Positions 19,091 to 27,733 of a stretch of 51,203 nucleotides of DNA are shown piece after piece. The DNA is from Clostridia bacterium (GTDB lineage Bacteria; Bacillota; Clostridia; Oscillospirales; CAG-272): positions 1 through 51,203 of the forward strand of contig JAFVZV010000084.1 in assembly GCA_017507985.1 (NCBI GenBank). Reading direction: 5' to 3'. Every line of letters begins with the position of its first letter. Positions within the stretch are counted from its first letter, which is position 1. The position numbers were made by a program, and so were the translations under genes. The notes beneath the pieces are model-generated. The model ran no database searches, had not been told where the DNA came from, and saw only the letters and a program-made list of their open reading frames with translations.

Positions 19091-20905
19091 TTATACATCC
19101 CCCAGATACGAAAGTACAAGTCCCGTCGCGACGGCGTTTCTCGGTCCCTCGGTGGCACGGATATTTCCTCGGCCGCATACGATACGGTAAGCGGCAAACT
19201 CCTCCATAAGCATCTCGGGAATTTCAAAATCCTCAGCCGAGCCGCCGACAAGCACCACGTTGGGAATACGACGCATCTCATGCGTAGGTGCAACCTCGCG
19301 CAACGCGCGCAACGCATTGGTAACAAACACCTTACGCTTGGCCTCGCGGCGCACCTGGACGATCTTTTCCATGGGGATATCCTCGTCAATACGCACCATG
19401 CCCTCAGGTGTCATGAGCACAACGTGACCGAACAGTCGCGGATCGATCGATCCGTCAAAGAACTGCATTGCGCCATTTTCCAGACGCAAATGGAACAAGC
19501 TCTCCACCTTGCCAAGCGGATATTTTTTGATCTGCTCGGCCGTGTGACGGCTCGCAAGCCCCAGCTCGGTCTGAATGAGCATAGACACCAGCTCTCCTGC
19601 GCCTGCGCAATGGGTCATACGGACAGCACCATCCTCATCGATGACAGCTGCATCGGTCGAGCCTCCGCCCATATCAAGAATCGCCAACGGCACGCGGGTA
19701 CCCGGCGTGGTCATTGCGCCAAGCGCGGCCATGACGGCCTCCACACCTGCCACGATCACACGAACGCCGAGATCTCTCATCAGCGCATCGGCAATCTGCT
19801 GCATCGGCAGCTGACGGGTACGCACCATTGCAGCAATACCCACTGCCTTTTCCATGCAGGTCTCGCCTGCCAACGCACCTGCAATGGCCACGGGCGCCAA
19901 CGTATCGACAGCCAGCAGATCGGTGATACGAATATCCTCCGCCCGCTCGCCGCTCACCCCCGACATGCCGTTTCGAATGCGTTGCAGCATTTGACCGACG
20001 TTGGTATTGGGCTCACCCAAAATATTGCGAATCTCGCCCGCATTTTGCAACGTTTGCATGATGCGTTCGGCGCCCTCGTCAATATTAACGGTCGCAGACG
20101 AATGCGCATCAAACGTGATCGAGCCGGCCTTCAGCACGTTCTCACGGATATTACCGTGAGGCGTCTTTATCACAACCGCGCTTCGCTTGCCAATCAAGCT
20201 TTTGGCGATCGGCGTAATGCTGCGCGTCTGTGCGGCATCCAACCCAAGCAACGTAGCAATGCCATATGGGTTGCTCAGCATACGCACCGACTGCCCCGGC
20301 AGCGCCACCTCAATGGCAGCCAGCTTACCCTCGGGCAACCGTTCAATGTAGCGAACCTCGTCGATGATCGGTATTTTTTTGTTTAGACGGTTTTCGACCA
20401 GCACCGCCTCGTCCGCCTGCATAATAACACCCTTGATTTCATAGCGCTCGGCGGCGCGGTTAATGCGCTGGGAAACCGTTTCATATGTATACGACCTGGG
20501 CACCGTGACGATATACGCCACGCCCTCGCGCGCCATATCCAGTCGCGCAAGAGGGATGAGCTCACCCACCGCCTGACCCGCGCCTGCGGGCGTGGCCGGA
20601 TTGTGCCCAATCATAGAAGATTCGGTAATGATGGTCTCGGTAATGGTTTCCATCGCTGTGTCACCGATGACAGGTGCGGCCTCGTTGATGCGGACAAGCG
20701 ACAAGTCGGAGATCTGATATCCCGCCTCGCTCACCGCCGCCAATAGTGCCGCTTTGACGCCGTGCACGTTGGCAAGAGTGCCTTTGGTTCCCGTCGTCGG
20801 CCGCATGGCACCGCCAAGAAAACGAGTGAAGCCACTCGCATCCCGCGTACCGATGCACACCTCGGTGGTGGAGTTACCGATATCCACCCCTGCGATCAGT
20901 TTCAA
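19091..20905 (-). CDS. pduG: Diol/glycerol dehydratase reactivase large subunit
   Basis: AGVDIGNSTTE, RINEAAPVIGD, ITESSMIGHNP, LDMGGGSTDAA, EGPRNAVATGL; probable TTG start overlapping the pduE stop. Confidence 0.95.
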   Translation of the reverse strand: MKLIAGVDIGNSTTEVCIGTRDASGFTRFLGGAMRPTTGTKGTLANVHGVKAALLAAVSEAGYQISDLSLVRINEAAPVIGDTAMETITETIITESSMIGHNPATPAGAGQAVGELIPLARLDMAREGVAYIVTVPRSYTYETVSQRINRAAERYEIKGVIMQADEAVLVENRLNKKIPIIDEVRYIERLPEGKLAAIEVALPGQSVRMLSNPYGIATLLGLDAAQTRSITPIAKSLIGKRSAVVIKTPHGNIRENVLKAGSITFDAHSSATVNIDEGAERIMQTLQNAGEIRNILGEPNTNVGQMLQRIRNGMSGVSGERAEDIRITDLLAVDTLAPVAIAGALAGETCMEKAVGIAAMVRTRQLPMQQIADALMRDLGVRVIVAGVEAVMAALGAMTTPGTRVPLAILDMGGGSTDAAVIDEDGAVRMTHCAGAGELVSMLIQTELGLASRHTAEQIKKYPLGKVESLFHLRLENGAMQFFDGSIDPRLFGHVVLMTPEGMVRIDEDIPMEKIVQVRREAKRKVFVTNALRALREVAPTHEMRRIPNVVLVGGSAEDFEIPEMLMEEFAAYRIVCGRGNIRATEGPRNAVATGLVLSYLGDV

Positions 20906-21294
20906 AGCAATATTCCTCTCTTTTCGTAAACCTCGGCTGCTTCCAGCACCAGTTTTGCGCAAGTTTTTGCATTGTATTTTTTATTCAGCTCATCAGCCAT
21001 AGCCAACAGCTCGGCCTTGGTCGAGCGATTGGGGCGGAGCATATTGTACATTTTCAAAATGACCTCGTCGGGAACGTCGACAAGCTCGGCCGCGCGCTCG
21101 AAATTGCGTGCCATAGGCGGATTGTCCGCCTCCATTGCCACCTGTCCTTGCTTGCGCAGCATTTCTTTGGAGATCTTGATGTCCTCTCCCGTGATATTTC
21201 CCTTTTTGATCTCTTCCAGGTTAATATCATCCAGCTTTTTGCCGGTCTTAGAGGTGATTTTTTCGCGTTCGTATTCACCAAGCGGATATTTCAT
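20902..21294 (-). CDS. pduE: B12-dependent diol/glycerol dehydratase small (gamma) subunit, no N-terminal extension
   Basis: YPL, TGKKLDDINLE, NFERAAEL, YNMLRPNRSTKAEL. Confidence 0.93.
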   Translation of the reverse strand: MKYPLGEYEREKITSKTGKKLDDINLEEIKKGNITGEDIKISKEMLRKQGQVAMEADNPPMARNFERAAELVDVPDEVILKMYNMLRPNRSTKAELLAMADELNKKYNAKTCAKLVLEAAEVYEKRGILL

Positions 21295-21324
21295 GGTAGT
21301 TGCTTCCTTTCCTGTGACAAACGA

Positions 21325-22461
21325 TCAGCGATCGCTCCATGCGATGATGGGGTAGTTGGGATCAACCTGCTCGGTCTCGGCAATATGCATGATAGCCGCT
21401 TTGACCTGATACTTGGCTCGGCACATGGGATCGTTGACCGAGGAAATGGGCGTGACCTGCTCACCCTTAGCATACTTGGCAGCATTCTGACCGATCTTGC
21501 GATAGGTTTCCAGATTCATCAGCGGTGCCTGAGGGAACAGCTCCAGATTGGACAGCGGATACAGGTCCTTCTGGTGAATAACGGCCGTACCCTTGGACTG
21601 CAATCCGATACCGATGCCCGAGCCCGAGATCTTGGCCGCCTCAAGGCCCATGAAGCAGACGTCGCTGGTCTTGAGAACCTTGACGACGCGGGGCACCATG
21701 CCCTCTTCCTCAATACCGGCCTTGACCTCGCGGATGACCTCAGAGAGAGGAATACCGCAAATGGTCGCCTGAATTTCCTTCTGGAAGCCGGGGCCTACGC
21801 CAATGACGACCTCCTTAGGGTCCGTTCCCTTTTCGGCAATGGGGTAGCCGTGGTAAGATGTCTTGGTAGGATTGATGCGTTCGGTGCCTGCCATAGATGC
21901 AGGACGGGCAGCGGACTTTTTCGCCGACGCGGGGCAAGCGGTGGCCATTTCGCGAATGGCAGCAGACGACGCGACCTCACGAGTCGGCTGTGCGCGCAGA
22001 GCAGTCAGCACCTTTTCAATGGCCTCTCCGGGAACAACTCCCTCGAGCTGTGCGGCCTCCTTGATGACGGCCTCGGAAATTTTCTTGCAAATTTCATCCT
22101 CCAGTACAACACCGCGACCGGTGAACAACAGGCTCTCGTTGGACACGGGAGCGACCTCGGTAATGGACTCGCCCTGCAGCGATCCTACAACCTTTTGCAG
22201 CATTTCCTCGGGATCAACGCCCTCAAGCTGCTCTGCCTCCTTAACGACGGCGATAGCAATGCGGCGAACGATCTCCTCGTCCACGCGAACACCACGGTGG
22301 CCCATCATTTTGGCAGTAGTGCAGTCCTTGCGAGGCTCAGCGCCTTCCAGATAGTCCACGACCGAGTGAAGCATCTCCTCGGGACGAATACCGTCCAGCT
22401 GAGCCGATTCACGAATGACGGCCTCGGTTATTTTCTTACGAATATCTTCGGTGAGTTGCAT
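21325..22461 (-). CDS. pduD: B12-dependent diol/glycerol dehydratase medium (beta) subunit with ~200-aa repeat-containing N-terminal extension
   Basis: C-terminal ~175 aa: EVVIGVGPGF, AGIEEEG, SGSGIGIGLQSKGT, LSNLELFPQAP; three tandem repeats at the N-terminus. Confidence 0.93.
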   Translation of the reverse strand: MQLTEDIRKKITEAVIRESAQLDGIRPEEMLHSVVDYLEGAEPRKDCTTAKMMGHRGVRVDEEIVRRIAIAVVKEAEQLEGVDPEEMLQKVVGSLQGESITEVAPVSNESLLFTGRGVVLEDEICKKISEAVIKEAAQLEGVVPGEAIEKVLTALRAQPTREVASSAAIREMATACPASAKKSAARPASMAGTERINPTKTSYHGYPIAEKGTDPKEVVIGVGPGFQKEIQATICGIPLSEVIREVKAGIEEEGMVPRVVKVLKTSDVCFMGLEAAKISGSGIGIGLQSKGTAVIHQKDLYPLSNLELFPQAPLMNLETYRKIGQNAAKYAKGEQVTPISSVNDPMCRAKYQVKAAIMHIAETEQVDPNYPIIAWSDR

Positions 22462-22502
22462 ATGTATAATCCTCCGTTTTCGTTTTGGTGGTATAATTCA
22501 AA

Positions 22503-24167
22503 TCAAAGGTTGTGCGGGTCGATCTGGTGAGGAATATCCTTGATTTCCTCCCAACGCTCGCCATCGAGACGATAGCCCGTGCCGGGGCCCATATAGGTGT
22601 TGGGCGTGTTGATGGCGCTGAGCACGCGGTAGTTCTCATCCAGCACCGCCGAGGTCTGCATATAGTCGCCGACAACGCGTTGCTTGAGCATATTGAGCAC
22701 GCGCTGAGCGATGTCCTCATGTCCCGTCTCGGCTAACGCACGGCAGACGTCAATGCCCGTGATGCCACGCTTGAGCATATCCTCGCAAGCGATCAGATCG
22801 GCAGGCACGTCGCGGTTCAAGGTGTCCTTGGAGCCGTGCGCATATACGACAGCCTCCACCTGCTCGTCCGTGATTTCGGTCAAGCCCAGATAGCGGAAAA
22901 CCGACTGAACCGCCTTAGCCGCCTTGCGGCGCACCGCGATGACATCCTCCTCCAGCACGGGGCGAAGACCGCCGTCCACCTGAAGGTCACGCTGCAGTAC
23001 GTTGTAATCGTCAAAGTCCTCGGCATCAAAGTTGGAGCCGGCGAACATATTATCGTAGTTGGGCTCGGCTGCATAGCCCGAGAAAATGAAGTCGGTACCC
23101 GGCATCAGCTCAAGCAACGTACGCGTGGTACGGCGAGCAGGAGAATTGGAGAAGCTCTGGTCGTTACCCGAAGCACACTCAAGGCCCAGAAGGGTTGCCA
23201 CCAGGTTCTCACCCAGCACCTCCCGAATACCCGAGGGAACCGACGCAGGAACGGCGATACAACTGATCGCACCGTTCTGCGTTCCCTGCGAGCCTGCGCC
23301 TTTGGTCACGTACAAGCAACGGCACTCGAGATACAGCATGGACTTCTTTTCGCTATATCCCATGAGGACCTCCGAGCCTGCGCCCGAGGTGAAGCGAACC
23401 TTAAGGCCGCGCGAAGCGTAAGCAGAATTGAGGAATGCCTTGGAATAGGGCGTATCGTCACCGTCTACAAATACTTTTTCGGTACCGTAAACGGAAACGG
23501 TTTCCGCATACGTCGTTAGACCACGAATGCCCAGATCCAACTCGGTTGCCTCCTCAGAGGAGCACTGCGTCAGCACGCCGGGGCGTCCTGCCTGTGAGCC
23601 GATCAAAATGGCCATCGCAGAAAAAGGAGCGTAGCGGGCAATGCCCATGGTCGTCTCCTCCTCGGCAAAGCCGCGAAGTGCGCCCTCAGCCGCGTCGGCC
23701 GCGAGCTGTACGGGATCGTCCTTGAGGTTGGTGATGTGCGCTTGATTAAAGGGACGCAGACGAGCGCGCATCTTTTGCATACCCATCATCAGCTCAACGA
23801 CGTTGAGGTGCCCGATAACCTCGGCCATTTTTGCAGGCGAGATACCCGAGCAGATCTTCAGAATTTCTTTTCTCGGCACGTGGATATCGACGATCTTTCT
23901 CGCAATCTCCAACGACGGAATAGACATGGAAACGGGGGCGCGTTGAATATTGATCGCATGATCGGCGATAAAAGTATCGATAAAGTCGAAGTCCTTTCTT
24001 GCCTTGCCGTCAAGCTCTATGATCTTGCCGCCGCTGATTTTGATGGAAGGCTTGGGATCATAGGGGCTGTGCATGGCAACAAAGCCCATCTCGGGCCATT
24101 CGCTGATATAGCCGTCCAGGTTGACGGGACGGGCATCCAGTGCCTCAAATCTCTTGGATCTTTTCAT
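22503..24167 (-). CDS. pduC: B12-dependent diol/glycerol dehydratase large (alpha) subunit, 554 aa
   Basis: MKRSKRFE start, NQAHITN, EEETT, YAETVSVYGTE, QNGAISC, GNDQ, NMFAGSNFDAEDFDDY. Confidence 0.97.
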   Translation of the reverse strand: MKRSKRFEALDARPVNLDGYISEWPEMGFVAMHSPYDPKPSIKISGGKIIELDGKARKDFDFIDTFIADHAINIQRAPVSMSIPSLEIARKIVDIHVPRKEILKICSGISPAKMAEVIGHLNVVELMMGMQKMRARLRPFNQAHITNLKDDPVQLAADAAEGALRGFAEEETTMGIARYAPFSAMAILIGSQAGRPGVLTQCSSEEATELDLGIRGLTTYAETVSVYGTEKVFVDGDDTPYSKAFLNSAYASRGLKVRFTSGAGSEVLMGYSEKKSMLYLECRCLYVTKGAGSQGTQNGAISCIAVPASVPSGIREVLGENLVATLLGLECASGNDQSFSNSPARRTTRTLLELMPGTDFIFSGYAAEPNYDNMFAGSNFDAEDFDDYNVLQRDLQVDGGLRPVLEEDVIAVRRKAAKAVQSVFRYLGLTEITDEQVEAVVYAHGSKDTLNRDVPADLIACEDMLKRGITGIDVCRALAETGHEDIAQRVLNMLKQRVVGDYMQTSAVLDENYRVLSAINTPNTYMGPGTGYRLDGERWEEIKDIPHQIDPHNL

Positions 24168-24287
24168 GGTGAACGGTTCCTTTCTCTTATGGTCCTCGCA
24201 CGCGTGCTCACGCGTACGCGCGCGTATTGGCAAAGGAAATCGCGCCGGGCAGGCACAATTTCCGATCATATAATTCTAGTCTTCTAT

Positions 24288-24316
24288 ATTATACTATAAA
24301 CTCGCCAAAAAGTCAA
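24288..24316 (-). promoter_or_regulatory. Sigma-A promoter of dehydratase operon
   Basis: TTGACT-17-TATAAT about 120 bp upstream of the pduC start. Confidence 0.75.
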
Positions 24317-24446
24317 TGCATACGACAGCAAAATCCTGCACAAATCTTTGCCCGAATCTCACTCAAAATCGGCGCTTTGTTGGTCATTTTGCCCCGGAAG
24401 AATATAATAGCGCCTTGGAGCATACGCTGTTTCGAGGTGATGCCGC

Positions 24447-25070
24447 GTGTCTTTTGTTTTCAAGCAAAGAGCAATCCCAAAAACAAATAATAATATTTTT
24501 ATAAAGCTGATCTCTATTTTATCAGCCGTTTTTCTATGTATATTGAGCGGTGTAGGCTGTGCAAGCCGGCCAAGCGCCTGTGCAGCGGACGTTCTGCTTG
24601 CCATGACCGCCGCCGGATCCTCACACCCTGTTGGAGATGCTTACATTTTGCCGAGCAGCACGGTCCCCGACGCCGCAGAATCAGAAAAGCAGCCCGATGG
24701 GCAGATATGGCGCATCGCTGATAGTTCGCTTTTGCACGCCGCGTTCGGCAACGAAAGCAGCACTGAAAATAACGAAATTTCCGAACTGTCACAAGGAATC
24801 GTTGATAGCGGTGCGATGTTTCTGTCGACCTCTCACGTTCCTTGCGAATACATGGTATTTCACTGCATCAGCCGCTCAGACACTGACATGGTCGTCGAAT
24901 TGCTCTTGCGCCGACTTGATGTCTTACGACAGCAGTATCGCGATACCGAGCACCAGGCAACAATCGAAAATGCCCGCATTCTCGTCCTTGACAAGTATGT
25001 GATCTTCGCCGTGGCGCAGAGCGCAGACGACGCGATAGATGCTGCCTGCCGCGCAATTAATAAATCATAA
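24447..25070 (+). CDS. Lipoprotein, DUF4358-like
   Basis: Hydrophobic N-terminal stretch with GVGC lipobox; C-terminal QQY...IENARILVLDKYVIFAV pattern; start uncertain. Confidence 0.55.
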   Translation: MSFVFKQRAIPKTNNNIFIKLISILSAVFLCILSGVGCASRPSACAADVLLAMTAAGSSHPVGDAYILPSSTVPDAAESEKQPDGQIWRIADSSLLHAAFGNESSTENNEISELSQGIVDSGAMFLSTSHVPCEYMVFHCISRSDTDMVVELLLRRLDVLRQQYRDTEHQATIENARILVLDKYVIFAVAQSADDAIDAACRAINKS

Positions 25071-25093
25071 TATATCGACACATGTACCAACCG

Positions 25094-25122
25094 TTGACAA
25101 TTCTTCTGAAACATGGTATAAT
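25094..25122 (+). promoter_or_regulatory. Sigma-A promoter
   Basis: TTGACA-17-TATAAT with TG extension; AAGGAGG RBS downstream. Confidence 0.8.
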
Positions 25123-25151
25123 GATCATATCACATATAAGGAGGACGTTTC

Positions 25152-26093
25152 ATGGATGATATGATCATGCAAAAGGCCAAAGAGCGCGTGCGCGCCTATC
25201 GCGTACAGTTCAATCTGCTCACCATTCTATCCGCCTTGATTGCCCTTGTGCCCACTTGTTGGGTGGTTTTCGTCATGCGCGACCACTTTTGGTTGATCCT
25301 TGTATCCTGTTTGTTGTATCTCTTTTTGCGCAGGATCATTGCCTTTCGTCTTTACAATAAATTCATCATGGCCCCTCTGATACACGAGATGGATCCCACG
25401 CTGTACCGCGCCATACTGCTCGAGGCCAAATGTGCTGCCTACCCCGGCGTTGATCATATGTTTGCCGCGTATTATCACGGCGAGTATCAAACCGTCATTG
25501 ATTTGTGTGCCAACAAAATGGCCGACCCGAAATGTCAACGGTTCACATTGTTTTATCTCCTTGAGCTTGCGTCCACTTATTTTGAGCTGAACGACATGGC
25601 CGCTTTGCGCCGAACGCTGGATCGCTACGACGCCTATCTCGCCACGCGTAAGGATGGCGACGCCCTTCGCCAAAAGTACCAATCCATGCAATATTACCGC
25701 GCATACGCAGACGGAGATTATGCCGCGTGTCGCGTGATCATCGAGCCGTTGATCCGAAAAGGCGATCTGCTTCTTTATCACGTCGAATTTTCTTTTTTGC
25801 ACGCGCTTGCCTGCTATCGTTTGGGCGATCTTACAGCGGCACAGTCTTCCTTTGCTTTTGTTGTCCAAAACGCCCCCAAGCTCCATTTTTGCACCATCGC
25901 GCAAAAATATCTGGATGCCATGGAGAGAGGTGAGGACTACTGTGCAGAGGTCACCGCCCTAACACCTGATCCCGCCTATCAGCCGCTCTCCTTTCCTGCG
26001 CGCCGTCGTACCCGCCGTGTTTTGTATATTCTTTTAGGCATTGAACTTGTTTTGTTGCTGTTCATTGTCCTGTTGCGATCCTTCCTCGGATAA
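25152..26093 (+). CDS. Membrane protein with TPR-like helical soluble domain, function unknown
   Basis: Two N-terminal and one C-terminal hydrophobic helices; Tyr/Ala-rich helical repeats (ALACYRLGDLTAAQSSF). Confidence 0.65.
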   Translation: MDDMIMQKAKERVRAYRVQFNLLTILSALIALVPTCWVVFVMRDHFWLILVSCLLYLFLRRIIAFRLYNKFIMAPLIHEMDPTLYRAILLEAKCAAYPGVDHMFAAYYHGEYQTVIDLCANKMADPKCQRFTLFYLLELASTYFELNDMAALRRTLDRYDAYLATRKDGDALRQKYQSMQYYRAYADGDYAACRVIIEPLIRKGDLLLYHVEFSFLHALACYRLGDLTAAQSSFAFVVQNAPKLHFCTIAQKYLDAMERGEDYCAEVTALTPDPAYQPLSFPARRRTRRVLYILLGIELVLLLFIVLLRSFLG

Positions 26094-26101
26094 ATAAATC
26101 A

Positions 26102-26142
26102 CTCCGCGGCCATCTGCCATGACACAGATCGCCGCGGAGCTT
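26102..26142. terminator. Terminator-like hairpin between convergent genes
   Basis: CTCCGCGGC...GCCGCGGAG stem. Confidence 0.6.
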
Positions 26143-26589
26143 TTATCCGAATAAAGACATGACCCAATAGATCACGCCCCACACCGCCCCCGAGAGCGTA
26201 CCGTAGAGCAGGACGGGACCTGCAACCGTAAATATTTTAGCGCCAACGCCCAACACCCAGCCCTCAGCCTTGCAATCGATGGCGGGAGAGACCACCGAGT
26301 TGGCAAAGCCCGTGATAGGAACGAGCGTCCCCGCGCCGGCAAACTTGGCGATCTTAACGAACCACCCCAGCCCTGTCAGCAACGCGGCAACAAATACAAG
26401 CGTCACCGAGGTCAGCGTTCCCGCATCCTCCTTCGGCAGTCCCAGTGTGCTGTACAGCGTTGTCAGGCCTTGTGCAACCGTGCAGATCAGTCCACCCACC
26501 AAAAAGGCGTGCACACAGTCCTTGACCAGCGGTGAGCGGAGGGCGTGCGCATTGGCAAAGCGCCCGTAGGTCTGTTTATCCATATTCAT
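26143..26589 (-). CDS. spoVAC: Stage V sporulation protein AC
   Basis: AFLVGGLIC, AGAGTLVPITGFANSVVSPAI, EGWVLGVGAKIFTVAGPV. Confidence 0.93.
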   Translation of the reverse strand: MNMDKQTYGRFANAHALRSPLVKDCVHAFLVGGLICTVAQGLTTLYSTLGLPKEDAGTLTSVTLVFVAALLTGLGWFVKIAKFAGAGTLVPITGFANSVVSPAIDCKAEGWVLGVGAKIFTVAGPVLLYGTLSGAVWGVIYWVMSLFG

Positions 26590-26629
26590 AGCGACACCTC
26601 ACTTTTTCGTCGGAATTTATTGATAAATG

Positions 26630-26658
26630 TAGTATGCCCTGTGAAAACTTTTTCATGC
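26630..26658 (-). promoter_or_regulatory. Sigma-G-type forespore promoter of spoVAC
   Basis: GCATG-17-CATACTA on the minus strand fits the sigma-G consensus; spoVA genes are known sigma-G targets. Confidence 0.6.
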
Positions 26659-26664
26659 AAACAC

Positions 26665-26693
26665 TTGACACCGCCGTTTGGGATTGCTATAAT
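26665..26693 (+). promoter_or_regulatory. Sigma-A promoter
   Basis: TTGACA-17-TATAAT with TG extension. Confidence 0.8.
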
Positions 26694-26749
26694 GATTACA
26701 GAGAGAAACCCAACTTCGCCTGCCATCGCAGGTAAAATCGGAGGTAATT

Positions 26750-27049
26750 ATGGCTGAATCCACCTGGAATGACATTTGTAAAAGCGTCAGCGGCTTTGCC
26801 AAAAAAGCGGGACGCAAGGCGGAAGAACTGACTGAAGCTGCCGCCATCCGCCTGAAGATCTCGGCAAAAAAAGCCGAGCTTGAGGAAGCGTATCTTGCGT
26901 TAGGCAAGCTGGCGTATGAGCAGGCAAACGCTGAGCCCGATGCCGATACGAGCGAGGTTGACGTTCGTTTTGCCGCCAAGCTCGCGGACATTTCCGCGCT
27001 ATTGGACGATATCGCCATGCTCGAACAAAAGCTCAATAAGGACGCTTAA
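26750..27049 (+). CDS. Small helical/coiled-coil hypothetical protein
   Basis: GGAGGT RBS, own promoter and terminator. Confidence 0.7.
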   Translation: MAESTWNDICKSVSGFAKKAGRKAEELTEAAAIRLKISAKKAELEEAYLALGKLAYEQANAEPDADTSEVDVRFAAKLADISALLDDIAMLEQKLNKDA

Positions 27050-27060
27050 CGCGCCGTGTC

Positions 27061-27097
27061 AAAGCAGAGGAGATCGCTGTGGTCTCCTCTGCTTTTT
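27061..27097 (+). terminator. Intrinsic terminator
   Basis: AAAGCAGAGGAGA...TCTCCTCTGCTTTTT. Confidence 0.75.
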
Positions 27098-27124
27098 CTT
27101 TGGCAAAAAAATTGTCAAAGGCTC

Positions 27125-27153
27125 TTGATTTTAAGTATGATATATATTATAAT
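27125..27153 (+). promoter_or_regulatory. Sigma-A promoter of deaminase-lipoprotein-rimI-tsaD
   Basis: TTGATT-17-TATAAT. Confidence 0.6.
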
Positions 27154-27203
27154 TATACTATCTATCTGTCGGCAAATTTGTTTTTATACGAAGGGAGCCC
27201 ATC

Positions 27204-27692
27204 ATGCAACGAGTTTCCAAACACAACTATTATCTCGATATTGCGCAAACGGTCGCCGAACGCAGTACCTGTATGCGCAAAAAATACGGTGCTATTATCG
27301 TCAAGGATGATGTCATCATCGCAACGGGCTACAACGGTGCCCCCCGCGGCCGTCAGAATTGCACCGATTTGAATTTCTGTATGCGCGAAAAGCTACAAAT
27401 CCCGCGTGGCGAGCGCTATGAGATGTGCCGCTCGGTTCACGCCGAGGCCAACGCCATCATCGCCGCTCCCCGCGATCAGATGTTGGGGGCTACGCTGTAT
27501 CAGACCTGTGTCGATCCCGCAGACGGCAGCATCATCGGCAACATTTGCTCTTGCATGATGTGCAAACGCATGGTCATCAACGCAGGCATCACCACCGTCA
27601 TCTTCCGTGACACCAAGGACGATTTTCATATCGTTAACGTTCAAGACTGGATCGACGACGACGACTCCTTGAGCGGAAAATTCGGCTATTGA
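27204..27692 (+). CDS. dCMP deaminase family protein (ComEB-like)
   Basis: RSTC, TGYNGAP, VHAEANAI, CSCMMCKRMVINAGI zinc motif. Confidence 0.9.
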   Translation: MQRVSKHNYYLDIAQTVAERSTCMRKKYGAIIVKDDVIIATGYNGAPRGRQNCTDLNFCMREKLQIPRGERYEMCRSVHAEANAIIAAPRDQMLGATLYQTCVDPADGSIIGNICSCMMCKRMVINAGITTVIFRDTKDDFHIVNVQDWIDDDDSLSGKFGY

Positions 27693-27733
27693 GCCGCCAC
27701 AATCGCCGCAAGTCGCGGCATGAAAGGATCATT

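Noticed and set aside
15525-23519. Long plus-strand ORFs (15525-17033, 17708-18601, 18749-20386, 21148-22530, 22836-23519)
   Set aside because: All lie antisense to well-supported minus-strand genes and show no family motifs.
24168-24287. Cobalamin riboswitch upstream of pduC
   Set aside because: Leader is only about 110 nt and shows no B12-box or GGGAA/GCCACTG core; only a CGCG-rich hairpin.
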